64,000 nucleotides of DNA from Bdellovibrionales bacterium (GTDB taxonomy: Bacteria > Bdellovibrionota > Bdellovibrionia > Bdellovibrionales > UBA1609), in contig JAIBAM010000009.1 of the NCBI GenBank assembly GCA_019695175.1, positions 1,235 through 65,234 on the forward strand, written 5' to 3'. This document shows, piece by piece, positions 48,412-58,421 of the stretch. How positions within the stretch are numbered: position 1 is the stretch's first letter; every line of letters starts with the position of its first letter. The notes beneath the pieces were generated by a model. That model made no database searches. It worked only from the letters and a program-made list of their open reading frames with translations, and was not told the origin of the DNA. Both the position numbers and the translations under genes were made by a program.

Positions 48412-49707
48412 TTGATTTATTTTATGCCGACATCCGAAGATAAAAATGAAAAGATTTTAGGTTTACTTTCCTCGGAACCTCAACCCTATTTGTCCCCTAA
48501 TAAAAGGGTTTACTTAGATCACAATGCCACAACTCCTCCTGATTCATCAGTCCGTGAAAATATTCTGGCTTGGCTGGAGCAGTGGGGAAATCCTAGTTCT
48601 ATCCATTGGCAAGGTCGTGGGCCTAAATCCCTCATGAGGGATTCCAGAAAAAAAATCGCTCAAGGAATTAACTGTAATCCCTTGGAGCTTGTTTTTACCA
48701 GCGGAGGAAGTGAGGCCAATAATTTAGCTCTCAAAGGAGTTTACCTTCATCACCAGGAACAAAGTCCTTGTTTACGAAATCATTACCTCTTTAGTGCCGT
48801 AGAACACCCCAGTGTCAAAAAAACTCTGGAACAACTAGCTCAACGAGGGGCGCAAGTTGAATCCATTCCAGTGAATCGGCAAGGGCAAATAGATTTGGAT
48901 TTTTATGCTAAAAAACTTACTGAAAAAACAGCTTTGGTATCAATCATGTATGCCAACAATGAAACGGGTCATATTTTTCCCATCGCTAAAATGGCCAAAA
49001 TGGCCCACAAAGTAGGAGCTCTATTTCATTGTGACGGGGTTCAGGCCCTGGGAAAAGCCCTTGTAGATGTACGCAACTGGCAAGTGGATCTGGCCAGTTT
49101 TTCAGGACATAAATTTTATGCTTTGAAAGGATGCGGGATGCTCTATGTACGCCAAGGTTTAAATATCCCAAGTCTTATTAGCGGCGGAGGACAAGAACGA
49201 TACCGTCGAGCAGGTACAGAAAACGTTTTGGCCATTGCCTCCCTAGGAGAAGTTTTTAACAAACTAAAGGATTTACCAGGGGCCATAGCCCGAATGGAAG
49301 AACTTCGTCGGCATTTGGAATCCCAAATGCTCCAATCCATTCCTGATATTGAAATCACAGGAAAAGCAGCCAATTCAAAACTCGGTGACGAAAACATTCT
49401 CCCAAGGCTCCCCAACACCACAAGTGCCATAATTCGCGGAGTAGATGGGGAAACTCTTCTTATGAATCTGGACATTAGTGGATTTTCAGTCAGCACAGGG
49501 GCCGCCTGTAGTTCTGGCAACCCCGAACCGAGTCCCGTTCTCCTCGCCATGGGATTAACTCGCCAAGAAGCACAGAATTCTTTGCGAGTGAGCCTGGGAT
49601 GGAGTACAACCCGAGAACAAATAGACCATTTTGTTGAAGTTTTAACCAATGTGGTGCAAAGACTAAGAGCTTGCTCGAATATGTTGCGTCAAAACGAATC
49701 TGAGTAA
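48412..49707 (+). CDS. class V PLP-dependent cysteine desulfurase (NifS/IscS/YrvO-like)
   Basis: PLP-lysine context SFSGHKFYALKG, active-site Cys loop STGAACSSG, and FTSGGSEANN. The start may be ATG 48424. Confidence 0.88.
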   Translation: MIYFMPTSEDKNEKILGLLSSEPQPYLSPNKRVYLDHNATTPPDSSVRENILAWLEQWGNPSSIHWQGRGPKSLMRDSRKKIAQGINCNPLELVFTSGGSEANNLALKGVYLHHQEQSPCLRNHYLFSAVEHPSVKKTLEQLAQRGAQVESIPVNRQGQIDLDFYAKKLTEKTALVSIMYANNETGHIFPIAKMAKMAHKVGALFHCDGVQALGKALVDVRNWQVDLASFSGHKFYALKGCGMLYVRQGLNIPSLISGGGQERYRRAGTENVLAIASLGEVFNKLKDLPGAIARMEELRRHLESQMLQSIPDIEITGKAANSKLGDENILPRLPNTTSAIIRGVDGETLLMNLDISGFSVSTGAACSSGNPEPSPVLLAMGLTRQEAQNSLRVSLGWSTTREQIDHFVEVLTNVVQRLRACSNMLRQNESE

Positions 49708-49739
49708 AAAATTCTTAAAAGTCGCGATAAAGGAAGAAA

Positions 49740-50867
49740 ATGTTGTCCGAATCAAAAACGTCTACAACAACTGCAAAAAAGCCAAGAGTATTGGTTGCGA
49801 TGAGCGGAGGTGTGGACAGTGCTGTTGCTGCAGCTCTTCTGGTAGAACAAGGATATGATGTCATTGGAGTCACCATGCAGGTCTGGGACTATTCTTCCAA
49901 TTCCTGTGACATTCAAGAGGGTAACGGAACCTGTTGCTCCAGTATTGATGTGGATGACGCCCGGGCAGTTGCAGATAAACTCAACATCCCTTTTTATGTC
50001 ATTAATTGTGAGGCTAAGTTTCAAGCTTATGTCATTGATGATTTTATTAGTTCCTATTTGGAGGGTCGCACCCCCATTCCATGTGTCAACTGTAATACTT
50101 ATTTAAAATTTGATCATCTTATTCAAAAAATGCAAGAGTTGGAGTGCGATTACTTGGCCACAGGACACTATGCCCAAGTAACCACTTCACCAACAGGCCG
50201 TCCTGCCATTCAAACCAGTAAGGACGATGGAAAAGATCAAACCTATTTTTTATTTACCCTCAACCCCAAAATCATTCCCCAACTCTTATTCCCCATAGGA
50301 AACATGGAAAAATCTCAGGTGAGGAAAATTGCGGAAAGTAAAGGGTTGGATGTGGCAAAAAAGAAAGACTCGACAGGTCTTTGTTTCATTGGAAAAGAAG
50401 GCCACGCTCAATTTATTTCCAAACATGTGGCCCCCGAGCTTCTAAATCCAGGAGAAGTTAAATTGTACCCCTCGGGAGAAGTTTTAGGAACTCACCAGGG
50501 AATCCATCAATTCACTTATGGACAGAGAAAAGGTATGGGAATTGCTCATAATGAACCGCTTTATGTAGTGAAGCTGGACCCCAGAAATCATGTCGTTTGG
50601 TTGGGTGAAGAAAAACATCTTTTTGCACAAAAATTGGTACTTAAAAATCCTAATTGGTTGGATGAAATGATCAGTGGGGAACCCTTACGCATTAAAATTC
50701 GCTACCATCATCGAGGAGCCCAAGCCATTTTAAAACCTGTTGGGGATCGTTGGCATGTTTATTTTGATGAACCACAACGAGCCATCACCCCCGGCCAAGC
50801 AGCCGTAGTTTACCGAAGCTCACAACTCCTTGGTGGCGGATGGATCGAGTCCCTCGAGAAAAAATGA
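49740..50867 (+). CDS. mnmA: tRNA 2-thiouridine(34) synthase
   Basis: PP-loop VAMSGGVDSAVAA, plus CVNCN and KDQTYFL. Confidence 0.92.
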   Translation: MLSESKTSTTTAKKPRVLVAMSGGVDSAVAAALLVEQGYDVIGVTMQVWDYSSNSCDIQEGNGTCCSSIDVDDARAVADKLNIPFYVINCEAKFQAYVIDDFISSYLEGRTPIPCVNCNTYLKFDHLIQKMQELECDYLATGHYAQVTTSPTGRPAIQTSKDDGKDQTYFLFTLNPKIIPQLLFPIGNMEKSQVRKIAESKGLDVAKKKDSTGLCFIGKEGHAQFISKHVAPELLNPGEVKLYPSGEVLGTHQGIHQFTYGQRKGMGIAHNEPLYVVKLDPRNHVVWLGEEKHLFAQKLVLKNPNWLDEMISGEPLRIKIRYHHRGAQAILKPVGDRWHVYFDEPQRAITPGQAAVVYRSSQLLGGGWIESLEKK

Positions 50868-52219
50868 AAAACACCGTTCAAGTGCAAACTTTTGGATGCA
50901 AAGTCAATACTTACGACAGTGGGTTGTTGCAAGACCAGTTTAAGCAAAACGGATTTGGGACAGAAAAAAACCCGACACCGTCCGTTTTCGTTTTGAACTC
51001 ATGTGCGGTCACAGCTAATGCCACCCGTGATGTTTTAAGACAGGCGCAAAAACTAAAAAAAGAAAACCCTCAAACTCCTGTTGTGATCACAGGATGCTCG
51101 GCTCAGGTGGATACTGAAACCTTTTTACCCAGCCCTGCCGTGGATCTTATTGTGGGTAATTCTCACAAGAGCGAACTTCCCCGTTTAATAGAAAAATTAC
51201 TGCAAAAAGAAAAAATAGATCGAGTTTATAAATCGAATATATTTGCAAATGAAAATTTAGGCGTGGGCGGTGGCGAAGAAAATTTACACACTCGTAGTTT
51301 TTTAAAAATTCAAGACGGTTGCAACAGTTTTTGCACTTTTTGTGTGATCCCATTTGCCCGTGGAAAAAGTCGATCTCTTCCACCCCAGACTTTAATCAAT
51401 AAAATTCAAGAACTGGAAAGTAAATCTATTAAAGAGGTTGTGCTTACTGGAGTGCATATTGGTGACTACGAATACGAAAACTACCACCTAGCCGATCTTG
51501 TCCAACTGATTCTAGATAAAACTAAAATCCCCAGAATTAGACTTTCGAGCTTAGAACCCGTCGAACTCACACCACACTTACTGGAACTTTATTCTGATCC
51601 ACGGCTTTGCCCTCACTTTCACATGAGTATTCAAAGTGGTTCCACCACGGTGTTACAACGTATGAAACGACAGTATTCCTCAACTCATGTAACCTCAGCC
51701 CTTGAACTCATTCATAAAAAATTACCCAATAGTTTTGTAGGTATTGATGTGATCGCTGGGTTTCCTGAAGAATCTGAAGTTGAATTCGAAGAAACCTTCC
51801 AGTGTTTGAACCTCACCCCTTGGACCAGACTCCACGTTTTTCCTTACAGCCCTCGCCCACTGACTTATGCGGCAAGAAATGACAACCCCTGTCCCCCTCA
51901 AATCATTAAAGCAAGAGCAGAAAAACTCAGATTCTTAAGTGCCGAAAGACACTCTCAAGTGGCTTTAGCGCAAAGAGGTACAATTAAAAAGGTCTTACCT
52001 TTACGATATCAAAATTCTTCTGCCCCAAATCCTTTACTCCACATCAAGGGACTCAGTCGCGATTATTGGCCAGTGGTTATTCCTCTGAATTCCTCTCCTA
52101 ACCCTAACAAAGTTACTTCCCTTGAAGAAGAACTCTTGGTTAAAATCACCGGCTCAGATCGACACGAACAAAGAACCGGCGATCTTAAACTCTATGGTGA
52201 AATCGTTACCTTTGAATGA
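50864..52219 (+). CDS. mtaB: MiaB/MtaB-family radical SAM methylthiotransferase (MtaB-like)
   Basis: N-terminal VQTFGCKVNTYDS (the GCKVN form typical of MtaB) and radical SAM motif GCNSFCTFCVIP. ATGA overlap with the mnmA stop. Confidence 0.7.
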   Translation: MKNTVQVQTFGCKVNTYDSGLLQDQFKQNGFGTEKNPTPSVFVLNSCAVTANATRDVLRQAQKLKKENPQTPVVITGCSAQVDTETFLPSPAVDLIVGNSHKSELPRLIEKLLQKEKIDRVYKSNIFANENLGVGGGEENLHTRSFLKIQDGCNSFCTFCVIPFARGKSRSLPPQTLINKIQELESKSIKEVVLTGVHIGDYEYENYHLADLVQLILDKTKIPRIRLSSLEPVELTPHLLELYSDPRLCPHFHMSIQSGSTTVLQRMKRQYSSTHVTSALELIHKKLPNSFVGIDVIAGFPEESEVEFEETFQCLNLTPWTRLHVFPYSPRPLTYAARNDNPCPPQIIKARAEKLRFLSAERHSQVALAQRGTIKKVLPLRYQNSSAPNPLLHIKGLSRDYWPVVIPLNSSPNPNKVTSLEEELLVKITGSDRHEQRTGDLKLYGEIVTFE

Positions 52220-52225
52220 TCGGAA

Positions 52226-53491
52226 TTAACTCAGAGGCCAAAAACAAAAAGCTGCCACTAGTGTGGGAATTAGTGCCGCGGTAAATAGTAGCCAAGGACT
52301 AATTCCCTCTTCGCCAAAGGCATGATTTAAAATTCCATAACCTGCAGGGTTGGGGGCGTTTGCAATCACAGTTAAACCACCCCCCACAACACTCCCCGCA
52401 ACTAAAGCATATTTAGAATATTCCGAAAGCGTGGGTACTTGAGCGCCCAAAAAAGTTAAAGCTGCATTGTCTGTGAATGCCGTAAGGCTCATAGCCCCCA
52501 GATAAAGTGACACTGTATTCATAGAACCTAATAAGGGTTCCAGCCACCATCTTTGCATCCCTCCTAAAATGACTAAACCGCCCAAAAAAAAAGCAACAAG
52601 CAAACCCTCTTTTATCTTCAATTCGTTTTGGAACTCTTTTGTGACCGAGGCAAGACCTAGGAAAAACAAAAAAAGTAAAATAAATAAACTCATATGATGA
52701 GCATTCACAATGATTAATACCATAAACAAAAAATGAAGACCACTCACCCATAAGGGAACCTTGCTTTGCAAAGGTAATTTTTTTTGTGTTGTATTCATAA
52801 GTTCTTTACGAAAACGAAAGGCCGTGAAGAGGGTCGCAATTACTACAGCTGCAATCGCCTTCCACCCGAAATGAGTCATCATAAACCTCAGATCCCATCG
52901 CCATTGACTTGCCACCATAAGAACAGGAGGCGCTGCAAAGGGTGTGAGCGTGCCGCCAATAGACACATTCACAAAAAGCAATCCCAATGTGGAGTATTTT
53001 AATTTCAGCGAAGTGGATTTTTGAAATAAGTGTTCTAATAATAAGATCGCAGTAATGGTCATCGCTGCCGGTTCGGTGATAAAACTTCCCAATAAAGGTC
53101 CAAAAATTAGTGTGGTTATAAAGAAAGGAAGAGATCCCCTTAAGGGTAACAATTTTGATAAAAAATGAATGGAACCTCTGGCCAAACTTAAAATGGGTTT
53201 TGAAGAACAAACCACCAAAATAACAAAAACAAAAGCAGGCTCAGTAAAATTTTGTTTTTCCAAGTATTTTACTGCCGTTAAATCACCACCCCAAAAGGAT
53301 AACCAAATTAAAAACAAACCGGCCCACAACCCAAAAACAATTTCCACTTCCCCTAAAAGATGAAATAGATTTTCAAGCACAGAGCCCGATGGATAGCGCA
53401 AAGCCAAATGTTGCATTGTTTTTACTAAAAAAGTATGAACTAAAGCGCTGCCAAAACAGATCGTGCCCACAAGTTCCATTGTTTCCATCAT
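52226..53491 (-). CDS. polytopic membrane protein, possibly a DUF1504-type putative Na+/H+ antiporter
   Basis: 421 aa with about 11-12 hydrophobic segments. The family guess is from memory of similar N-termini, so the function is uncertain. Confidence 0.45.
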   Translation of the reverse strand: MMETMELVGTICFGSALVHTFLVKTMQHLALRYPSGSVLENLFHLLGEVEIVFGLWAGLFLIWLSFWGGDLTAVKYLEKQNFTEPAFVFVILVVCSSKPILSLARGSIHFLSKLLPLRGSLPFFITTLIFGPLLGSFITEPAAMTITAILLLEHLFQKSTSLKLKYSTLGLLFVNVSIGGTLTPFAAPPVLMVASQWRWDLRFMMTHFGWKAIAAVVIATLFTAFRFRKELMNTTQKKLPLQSKVPLWVSGLHFLFMVLIIVNAHHMSLFILLFLFFLGLASVTKEFQNELKIKEGLLVAFFLGGLVILGGMQRWWLEPLLGSMNTVSLYLGAMSLTAFTDNAALTFLGAQVPTLSEYSKYALVAGSVVGGGLTVIANAPNPAGYGILNHAFGEEGISPWLLFTAALIPTLVAAFCFWPLS

Positions 53492-53526
53492 TTTTTATCC
53501 ACCTTGTTTGAGTCAGCACCCCTTAG

Positions 53527-55815
53527 ATGCAACTGACACAGTCATCTAAAACAACTCATGGAGTGAAGAAGAATCTAAGTATGACCTTATTATCAAATTT
53601 ACTTTACCTTATTCGCTTTATTTTTATTTGCTTTACCTTAGCCTGTAGTAGTTATAGCATCCCTGTTTTAATTTTACTATCTTGCATTCAAGTGTCTTGC
53701 AATCATATGAAAACTTCTTCAAGCAAAATGAGTTCAAAATTAGAGCCATGGGAATCTTTCCACCATGAAACCCACTGGTTGGAAGAACTGGAAGGAGAAA
53801 AAGCTCTGACTTGGGTGCAAAAAGAAAATAAGAAAACCCTAGAGAGACTAGAATCCCTTCCAAAATTTAAAAAAATGTATTCCGATATCTTAAATATTTC
53901 ATTGGCAAAAGAACGTATTCCCAAAGTTTGGATTAAAGAAAATTATGTTTATAATTTTTGGCAAGACAAAATCCATATAAGAGGCCTATTAAGAAAATCA
54001 ACTTTAAAAGATTTCAATCAAGGATTGGACGCTTGGTCCACTGTCCTTGACTTAGATCAATTGGCGCTCGCAGAAAATGAAACATGGGTTTGGAAAGGAA
54101 TTAATTGTTTACCAAACCACTCACGATGTCTCATCTCCCTTTCACGAGACGGTAAGGACGCAACTGTTATTCGTGAATTTGATCTAAATAACAAGCAATT
54201 CTTAACTAATGGATTTTCGTTACCTGAAGCCAAGCAATACTTAAGTTGGGTAGATCTTGACACCCTCTTAGTAAGCACAGACTGGGGGACTCAAACGCTA
54301 ACCAATTCTGGTTTTCCGCGTCAGGTTCGATTGTGGAACCGTGGAAAAAACTATAAAGAAGCCCGAATACTTTATGAAAATAAAATTCATGAAATAAGTA
54401 CTTATGGGTTGAGATATGAAGAGATAGAGGGCTCTCATAATTTTATTTCCAACCAAATTAACTTTTTTAATCAAAATTTATTTTGGGTCGATCCAAATTA
54501 TACTCAAATTAAACCCTTAGATCTCCCCTCTAGCTTGGAAATTCTCGGTCTCTTCCAAGGACATCTACTCTTTAGGGCTCGAGAAGATGAAATTTTAAAA
54601 AACCAAATTAAAAATGAATCTTTTAAAATAACATCTGGAACTATTTTTTCTTTAAATTTTAATCATTGGTTAAGGACGAATGAATGGACTCAACTCAATC
54701 TTGTTTTCAAGCCTTCAAAAAAGCAAGCTTTCCAAAATTTATACACCACCAAAGATTGCATCTTATTGGTTTATTTGGAACAGGTACAGAGTCGACTCTC
54801 CAAAATCACTTTAAAAAACAAGAGTTGGGTTCAACAAATTTTAAATATCGAAAAAGACCATGTGGTAGACATTACCTTTTCTGATCGCAAGCGTTCTGAT
54901 TTTTATTTATTGGAGCAAGGTTTCTTAACCCCACCCACACTAAAATACTTTAAAAACGCAGATTCTTCTGGAGTCATAGTTCGATCCTTGCCAAAGCAAT
55001 TCTCCAAAAAAAATCTAAGCGTGGAGCAACACTGGGCTCAGAGCAAAGATGGAGCAAAAATTCCCTATTTTATTGTAGGACCCCGACAGTCCAGCAAACC
55101 AACGCCAACCATTCTTTACGGTTACGGTGGCTTTGATATTTCCCTAAAACCAGAATACTCAGGAATTTTAGGTCGTGTCTGGTTAAGCCAAGGTTATCGA
55201 TTTGTTTCAGCTAATCTTAGAGGTGGTGGCGAATTTGGTCCGGCCTGGCATAGTGCTGGAACCCTTAAAAATAAACAAAATGTATTTGATGATTTTATTG
55301 CAGTAGCTCAAAATCTTATCCAAAAAAAATATACAACTCAAAAACAACTTGGTATTTTAGGGGGAAGCAATGGCGGTTTGCTTATGGGCGCTATGTTAAC
55401 CCAAAGGCCCGATCTTTTTGCTGCTATTGGATGTAAAGCGCCCCTTTTAGACATGCTCCACTACCATAAATGGCTGGCGGGTGCCAGTTGGATGGAAGAA
55501 TATGGAGACCCAGAGAAGCAACAAGATTTCAATTACTTGATAAAGTATTCGCCTTTACAGCGCTTTGGATCCTTTGCCAAATATCCAGAACCCTTCTTTA
55601 TGACCTCTACCAAAGATGATCGAGTGCACCCTGCCCACGCCCGAAAGTTGGCCTTTTTAATGAGTTCAAAAAAGCATCCTTTTCTTTATTTCGAAGAAAT
55701 AACTGGAGGTCACAGTTTAGAAACCAATCCAATCCAAAAAGCCTATTTGAACGCTCTGATGTACATTTATTTTTATAAAAAACTAGTGCGCCCCCCTGTT
55801 TCTGCCACCCAATAA
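53527..55815 (+). CDS. prolyl oligopeptidase family (S9A) serine peptidase
   Basis: N-terminal region WLEELEGEKALTWVQKENKKT, nucleophile motif GGSNGGLLMGA, and TKDDRVHP and GGHS for the Asp/His. The true start may be an internal Met (MTLLSNLL... anchor). Confidence 0.85.
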   Translation: MQLTQSSKTTHGVKKNLSMTLLSNLLYLIRFIFICFTLACSSYSIPVLILLSCIQVSCNHMKTSSSKMSSKLEPWESFHHETHWLEELEGEKALTWVQKENKKTLERLESLPKFKKMYSDILNISLAKERIPKVWIKENYVYNFWQDKIHIRGLLRKSTLKDFNQGLDAWSTVLDLDQLALAENETWVWKGINCLPNHSRCLISLSRDGKDATVIREFDLNNKQFLTNGFSLPEAKQYLSWVDLDTLLVSTDWGTQTLTNSGFPRQVRLWNRGKNYKEARILYENKIHEISTYGLRYEEIEGSHNFISNQINFFNQNLFWVDPNYTQIKPLDLPSSLEILGLFQGHLLFRAREDEILKNQIKNESFKITSGTIFSLNFNHWLRTNEWTQLNLVFKPSKKQAFQNLYTTKDCILLVYLEQVQSRLSKITLKNKSWVQQILNIEKDHVVDITFSDRKRSDFYLLEQGFLTPPTLKYFKNADSSGVIVRSLPKQFSKKNLSVEQHWAQSKDGAKIPYFIVGPRQSSKPTPTILYGYGGFDISLKPEYSGILGRVWLSQGYRFVSANLRGGGEFGPAWHSAGTLKNKQNVFDDFIAVAQNLIQKKYTTQKQLGILGGSNGGLLMGAMLTQRPDLFAAIGCKAPLLDMLHYHKWLAGASWMEEYGDPEKQQDFNYLIKYSPLQRFGSFAKYPEPFFMTSTKDDRVHPAHARKLAFLMSSKKHPFLYFEEITGGHSLETNPIQKAYLNALMYIYFYKKLVRPPVSATQ

Positions 55816-55973
55816 TTTCGACAGACAGAATCGTATTCGTATCATATTAATAGCCTATCAGTAAATGTCTTCGACAAAGTAGGGAGGGAAGCTCGTGCTC
55901 TGATTATTTTTTCCGACTCTTCTTCTTTTGGAAAAAGGGTAAAGATTCAATTGTCTGGCTACTAAGGCAAAAA

Positions 55974-56014
55974 AAACAAAATTTGTCACCACTATCAAAC
56001 AAAATTTGTCACCA
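55974..56014. repeat. two direct copies of aaacaaaatttgtcacca with a 23-bp period
   Basis: Copies at 55974-55991 and 55997-56014. A related aaattgtcacca occurs at 56644-56655. Confidence 0.85.
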
Positions 56015-56198
56015 ACACAAAAAAGAAAATAATAATATAAAAAAGTAATATATTTTATTTACATTGTGGCGCCTTAAAACCATCTCTGGATTGGCCTCTA
56101 AAATGCAAAAAAATGCGATTGGTGTGGGCAGAATCTTTTGGCTAAAGAATCTGCCTCCTCTTTCCATTACTTTTACTTTGTCCTTTTAAGGAGCATTT

Positions 56199-56627
56199 AT
56201 GAAAAGACTTACTATTTTTTTGTTTCTATTTACCCTCATCTCTTTTGTGGGACCAATAAAGGCCAAAGCTGATACTGCTTTTACATTAAATGATTTGGGT
56301 TCTGAGCAATTTTATAAACTTTGTTTAAACAGTTTATCGAGCAGTAGTTACGCTTTAGATAAACTTGATCAAACATTAACTCTGGAAAACCTCGACACAC
56401 TCATCATTCTGCTCAAAGACCAAACTGAATATACAGCTCACAATTACTCCCTATTCAATTTTAGGAACCCTTCAAGTCCTCTGATAAATCAGAAAGAGAT
56501 TTTAAATCTAGAATTAATTAATTTTTTAATTGAAGTTCAGTCTAATTTTAAAAATCTTAAAATGAAGAAATCAAGAGCTCATTGTTTCACGATAGAGCCC
56601 AAGGTCGGTACGGATTCCAATACATAA
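56199..56627 (+). CDS. hypothetical secreted protein
   Basis: AAGGAG SD and signal peptide MKRLTIFLFLFTLISFVGPIKA. No recognisable domain. Confidence 0.55.
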   Translation: MKRLTIFLFLFTLISFVGPIKAKADTAFTLNDLGSEQFYKLCLNSLSSSSYALDKLDQTLTLENLDTLIILLKDQTEYTAHNYSLFNFRNPSSPLINQKEILNLELINFLIEVQSNFKNLKMKKSRAHCFTIEPKVGTDSNT

Positions 56628-56902
56628 ATGTTTGTTGTGGAAGAAATTGTCACCAGGAGAGACATCCTACCATCTCAAAACGATGAAATAATTATGTTTT
56701 AATCCCACGGCTGCTGACGCATGATCTCCGAACAGGACCCTCTTCTTGTAATTTACCTTTTTTATTCCCCAAATTATTTTACTTTTATGAATTATTTTCT
56801 TAATCATAAAAAATTAATTGATCCCTTTTATTAAAAAATCTATTCCTCCAAGATTGTTACAGCAAAATCAATGAATTCAATATTCCACAATGGAGGAATC
56901 GA

Positions 56903-57574
56903 ATGAAAAAATTTTTTCTTGTATTGGCTTGCTTGACTTTTTTCTCAGCTCACAGTGAGGACATTGATCCTGCTGAAGCCTTAAAAGCTTTAATGGTTCA
57001 AAACCCTTTTATTCAAACAGCCCATGGTCCGACCAACACATTTGCTTATTGGTGGGGATCTCTTCTCTTACAAAATGAGACTCAAAAATTCACTGTTTTA
57101 ACTTGTAAAGACAGCGACTGCACCTTCACAGTTTCCGACATAGAACAAAAGGGAAGGGAAAATCCAAATTTTTCATTTAAATTCTTGAATACAAACACAG
57201 TGGAAGTTGACTCGGCCAATCTGGGGCCCAGCACAAAGAATACAATACACACTTACAGCTTTATAGCCCTTTTAGAAAACGCAAGTCTCGTGGTACCTGG
57301 AACAGATAATAAAACCATCGCAGATATAATTTCCAAATTGGGCTTATCTGAACCGGCTACAGTCCCCAAAAGAGTTCTTGCTAAAATCACAAATACTTGT
57401 ATTCATAGTTTGCCCCTTGAAGACTATCTTTGTACCCTTACTTTAAAAAACGAACTCTCTGACAATGATTCTAAATCCAATTACATCATAGGAACCGACA
57501 CCCTAAATTATTATTTCAATCCAGAAAACAATCAAATCTCAATCTCAACATTTAGACCCTTTGATCAAAATTAA
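56903..57574 (+). CDS. hypothetical secreted protein
   Basis: GGAGGAA SD and signal peptide MKKFFLVLACLTFFSAHS. No recognisable domain. Confidence 0.6.
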   Translation: MKKFFLVLACLTFFSAHSEDIDPAEALKALMVQNPFIQTAHGPTNTFAYWWGSLLLQNETQKFTVLTCKDSDCTFTVSDIEQKGRENPNFSFKFLNTNTVEVDSANLGPSTKNTIHTYSFIALLENASLVVPGTDNKTIADIISKLGLSEPATVPKRVLAKITNTCIHSLPLEDYLCTLTLKNELSDNDSKSNYIIGTDTLNYYFNPENNQISISTFRPFDQN

Positions 57575-57734
57575 ATTATAAATTTTTTTATTTATAATTT
57601 ATAGCCCAAATTCTTTTTTAAATTTGAAAAGGAAGGAAAAGGATCCGGGGAACTTTAAACTCTCTTTTTCTGAGCGCTTGTTCGGGGCTGCACAACCTGG
57701 CTTTAGCACAATTCCGAACCGGCGTTTAGGACTC

Positions 57735-58268
57735 TCACCGCTGACATTTTTGGCAGTGGCCGTAGAGCTCCAACACATGGTGAGTCAATATGAATCCCTT
57801 CTCCTTAGCTACCTTCACTTGCAATTGCTCGATATGAGAATTTTCAAACTCAACAATTCTCCCACAACGTGTGCAAGTTAAGTGATCATGATGCCGTCGA
57901 GGCGTCAGTTCGTAGCGAGCGGGGGATCCACCCATACGAACTTCAGTAACCAATTGTTTCTCAGACATTTTTCGCAAAAAACGATAGACCGTTGCAAAAC
58001 CAATTTCAGGATGGGGCTCCTTAATTTGCTCAAACACTTCTTGAGCCGTAACATGGGCCCTACCGGCAGTGAGTGCTTTGAGAATGGCCATGCGTTGACC
58101 TGTGACCTTTAAACCCATTTCTCTAATAATGCGTTTGAATGTCCCCTCATCCCAAGCATCCCTTTTAACCAACACCTCCACCTGCTGAGAAGGGAGACCC
58201 GACCGATTTCCATCGAAATATCCACTGTTCTGTTGACCACGCTGCAGATGGGGTAGTTTGTTTTCCAT
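57735..58268 (-). CDS. Fur-family metalloregulator (Fur/Zur/PerR type unresolved) with a ~40-aa N-terminal extension
   Basis: Contains GLKVTGQRMAILKAL, FATVYRFLRKM and HHDHLTCTRCGRIVEF...HCQKCQ (two C-x2-C pairs). Confidence 0.88.
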   Translation of the reverse strand: MENKLPHLQRGQQNSGYFDGNRSGLPSQQVEVLVKRDAWDEGTFKRIIREMGLKVTGQRMAILKALTAGRAHVTAQEVFEQIKEPHPEIGFATVYRFLRKMSEKQLVTEVRMGGSPARYELTPRRHHDHLTCTRCGRIVEFENSHIEQLQVKVAKEKGFILTHHVLELYGHCQKCQR

Positions 58269-58337
58269 AAATTCCTAACAACTGTTTCTAAATGCCTATC
58301 TGTAGTTACTAAAGTAAAAGTTCAAAATAGACCCTAA

Positions 58338-58359
58338 AAAGTCACTTCAAAGTGACTTT
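58338..58359. promoter_or_regulatory. 9-bp inverted repeat in the fur/Cys-repeat divergent region
   Basis: AAAGTCACT-tcaa-AGTGACTTT. Confidence 0.4.
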
Positions 58360-58394
58360 GGTAAAACCCTATAATTTTCATAGATGAGAACTGG

Positions 58395-58421
58395 TTGGCG
58401 AGCCTAATACCTCTTTATAAT
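58395..58421 (+). promoter_or_regulatory. candidate promoter for the Cys-repeat protein gene
   Basis: Perfect TATAAT at 58416-58421 directly abutting the 19-bp inverted repeat. Weak -35 TTGGCG at 58395-58400, with a 15-nt spacer. Confidence 0.4.

Noticed and set aside
57575-57600. AT-only palindrome attataaat-N6-atttataat after ORF 56903-57574, considered as a terminator
   Set aside because: The stem consists solely of A-T pairs and would be very weak, so it cannot be called a terminator with any confidence.
57624-57881. 85-aa plus-strand ORF overlapping the 3' end of the fur-family gene
   Set aside because: It is antisense to a CDS with clear Fur-family motifs, uses a non-ATG start and has no SD.
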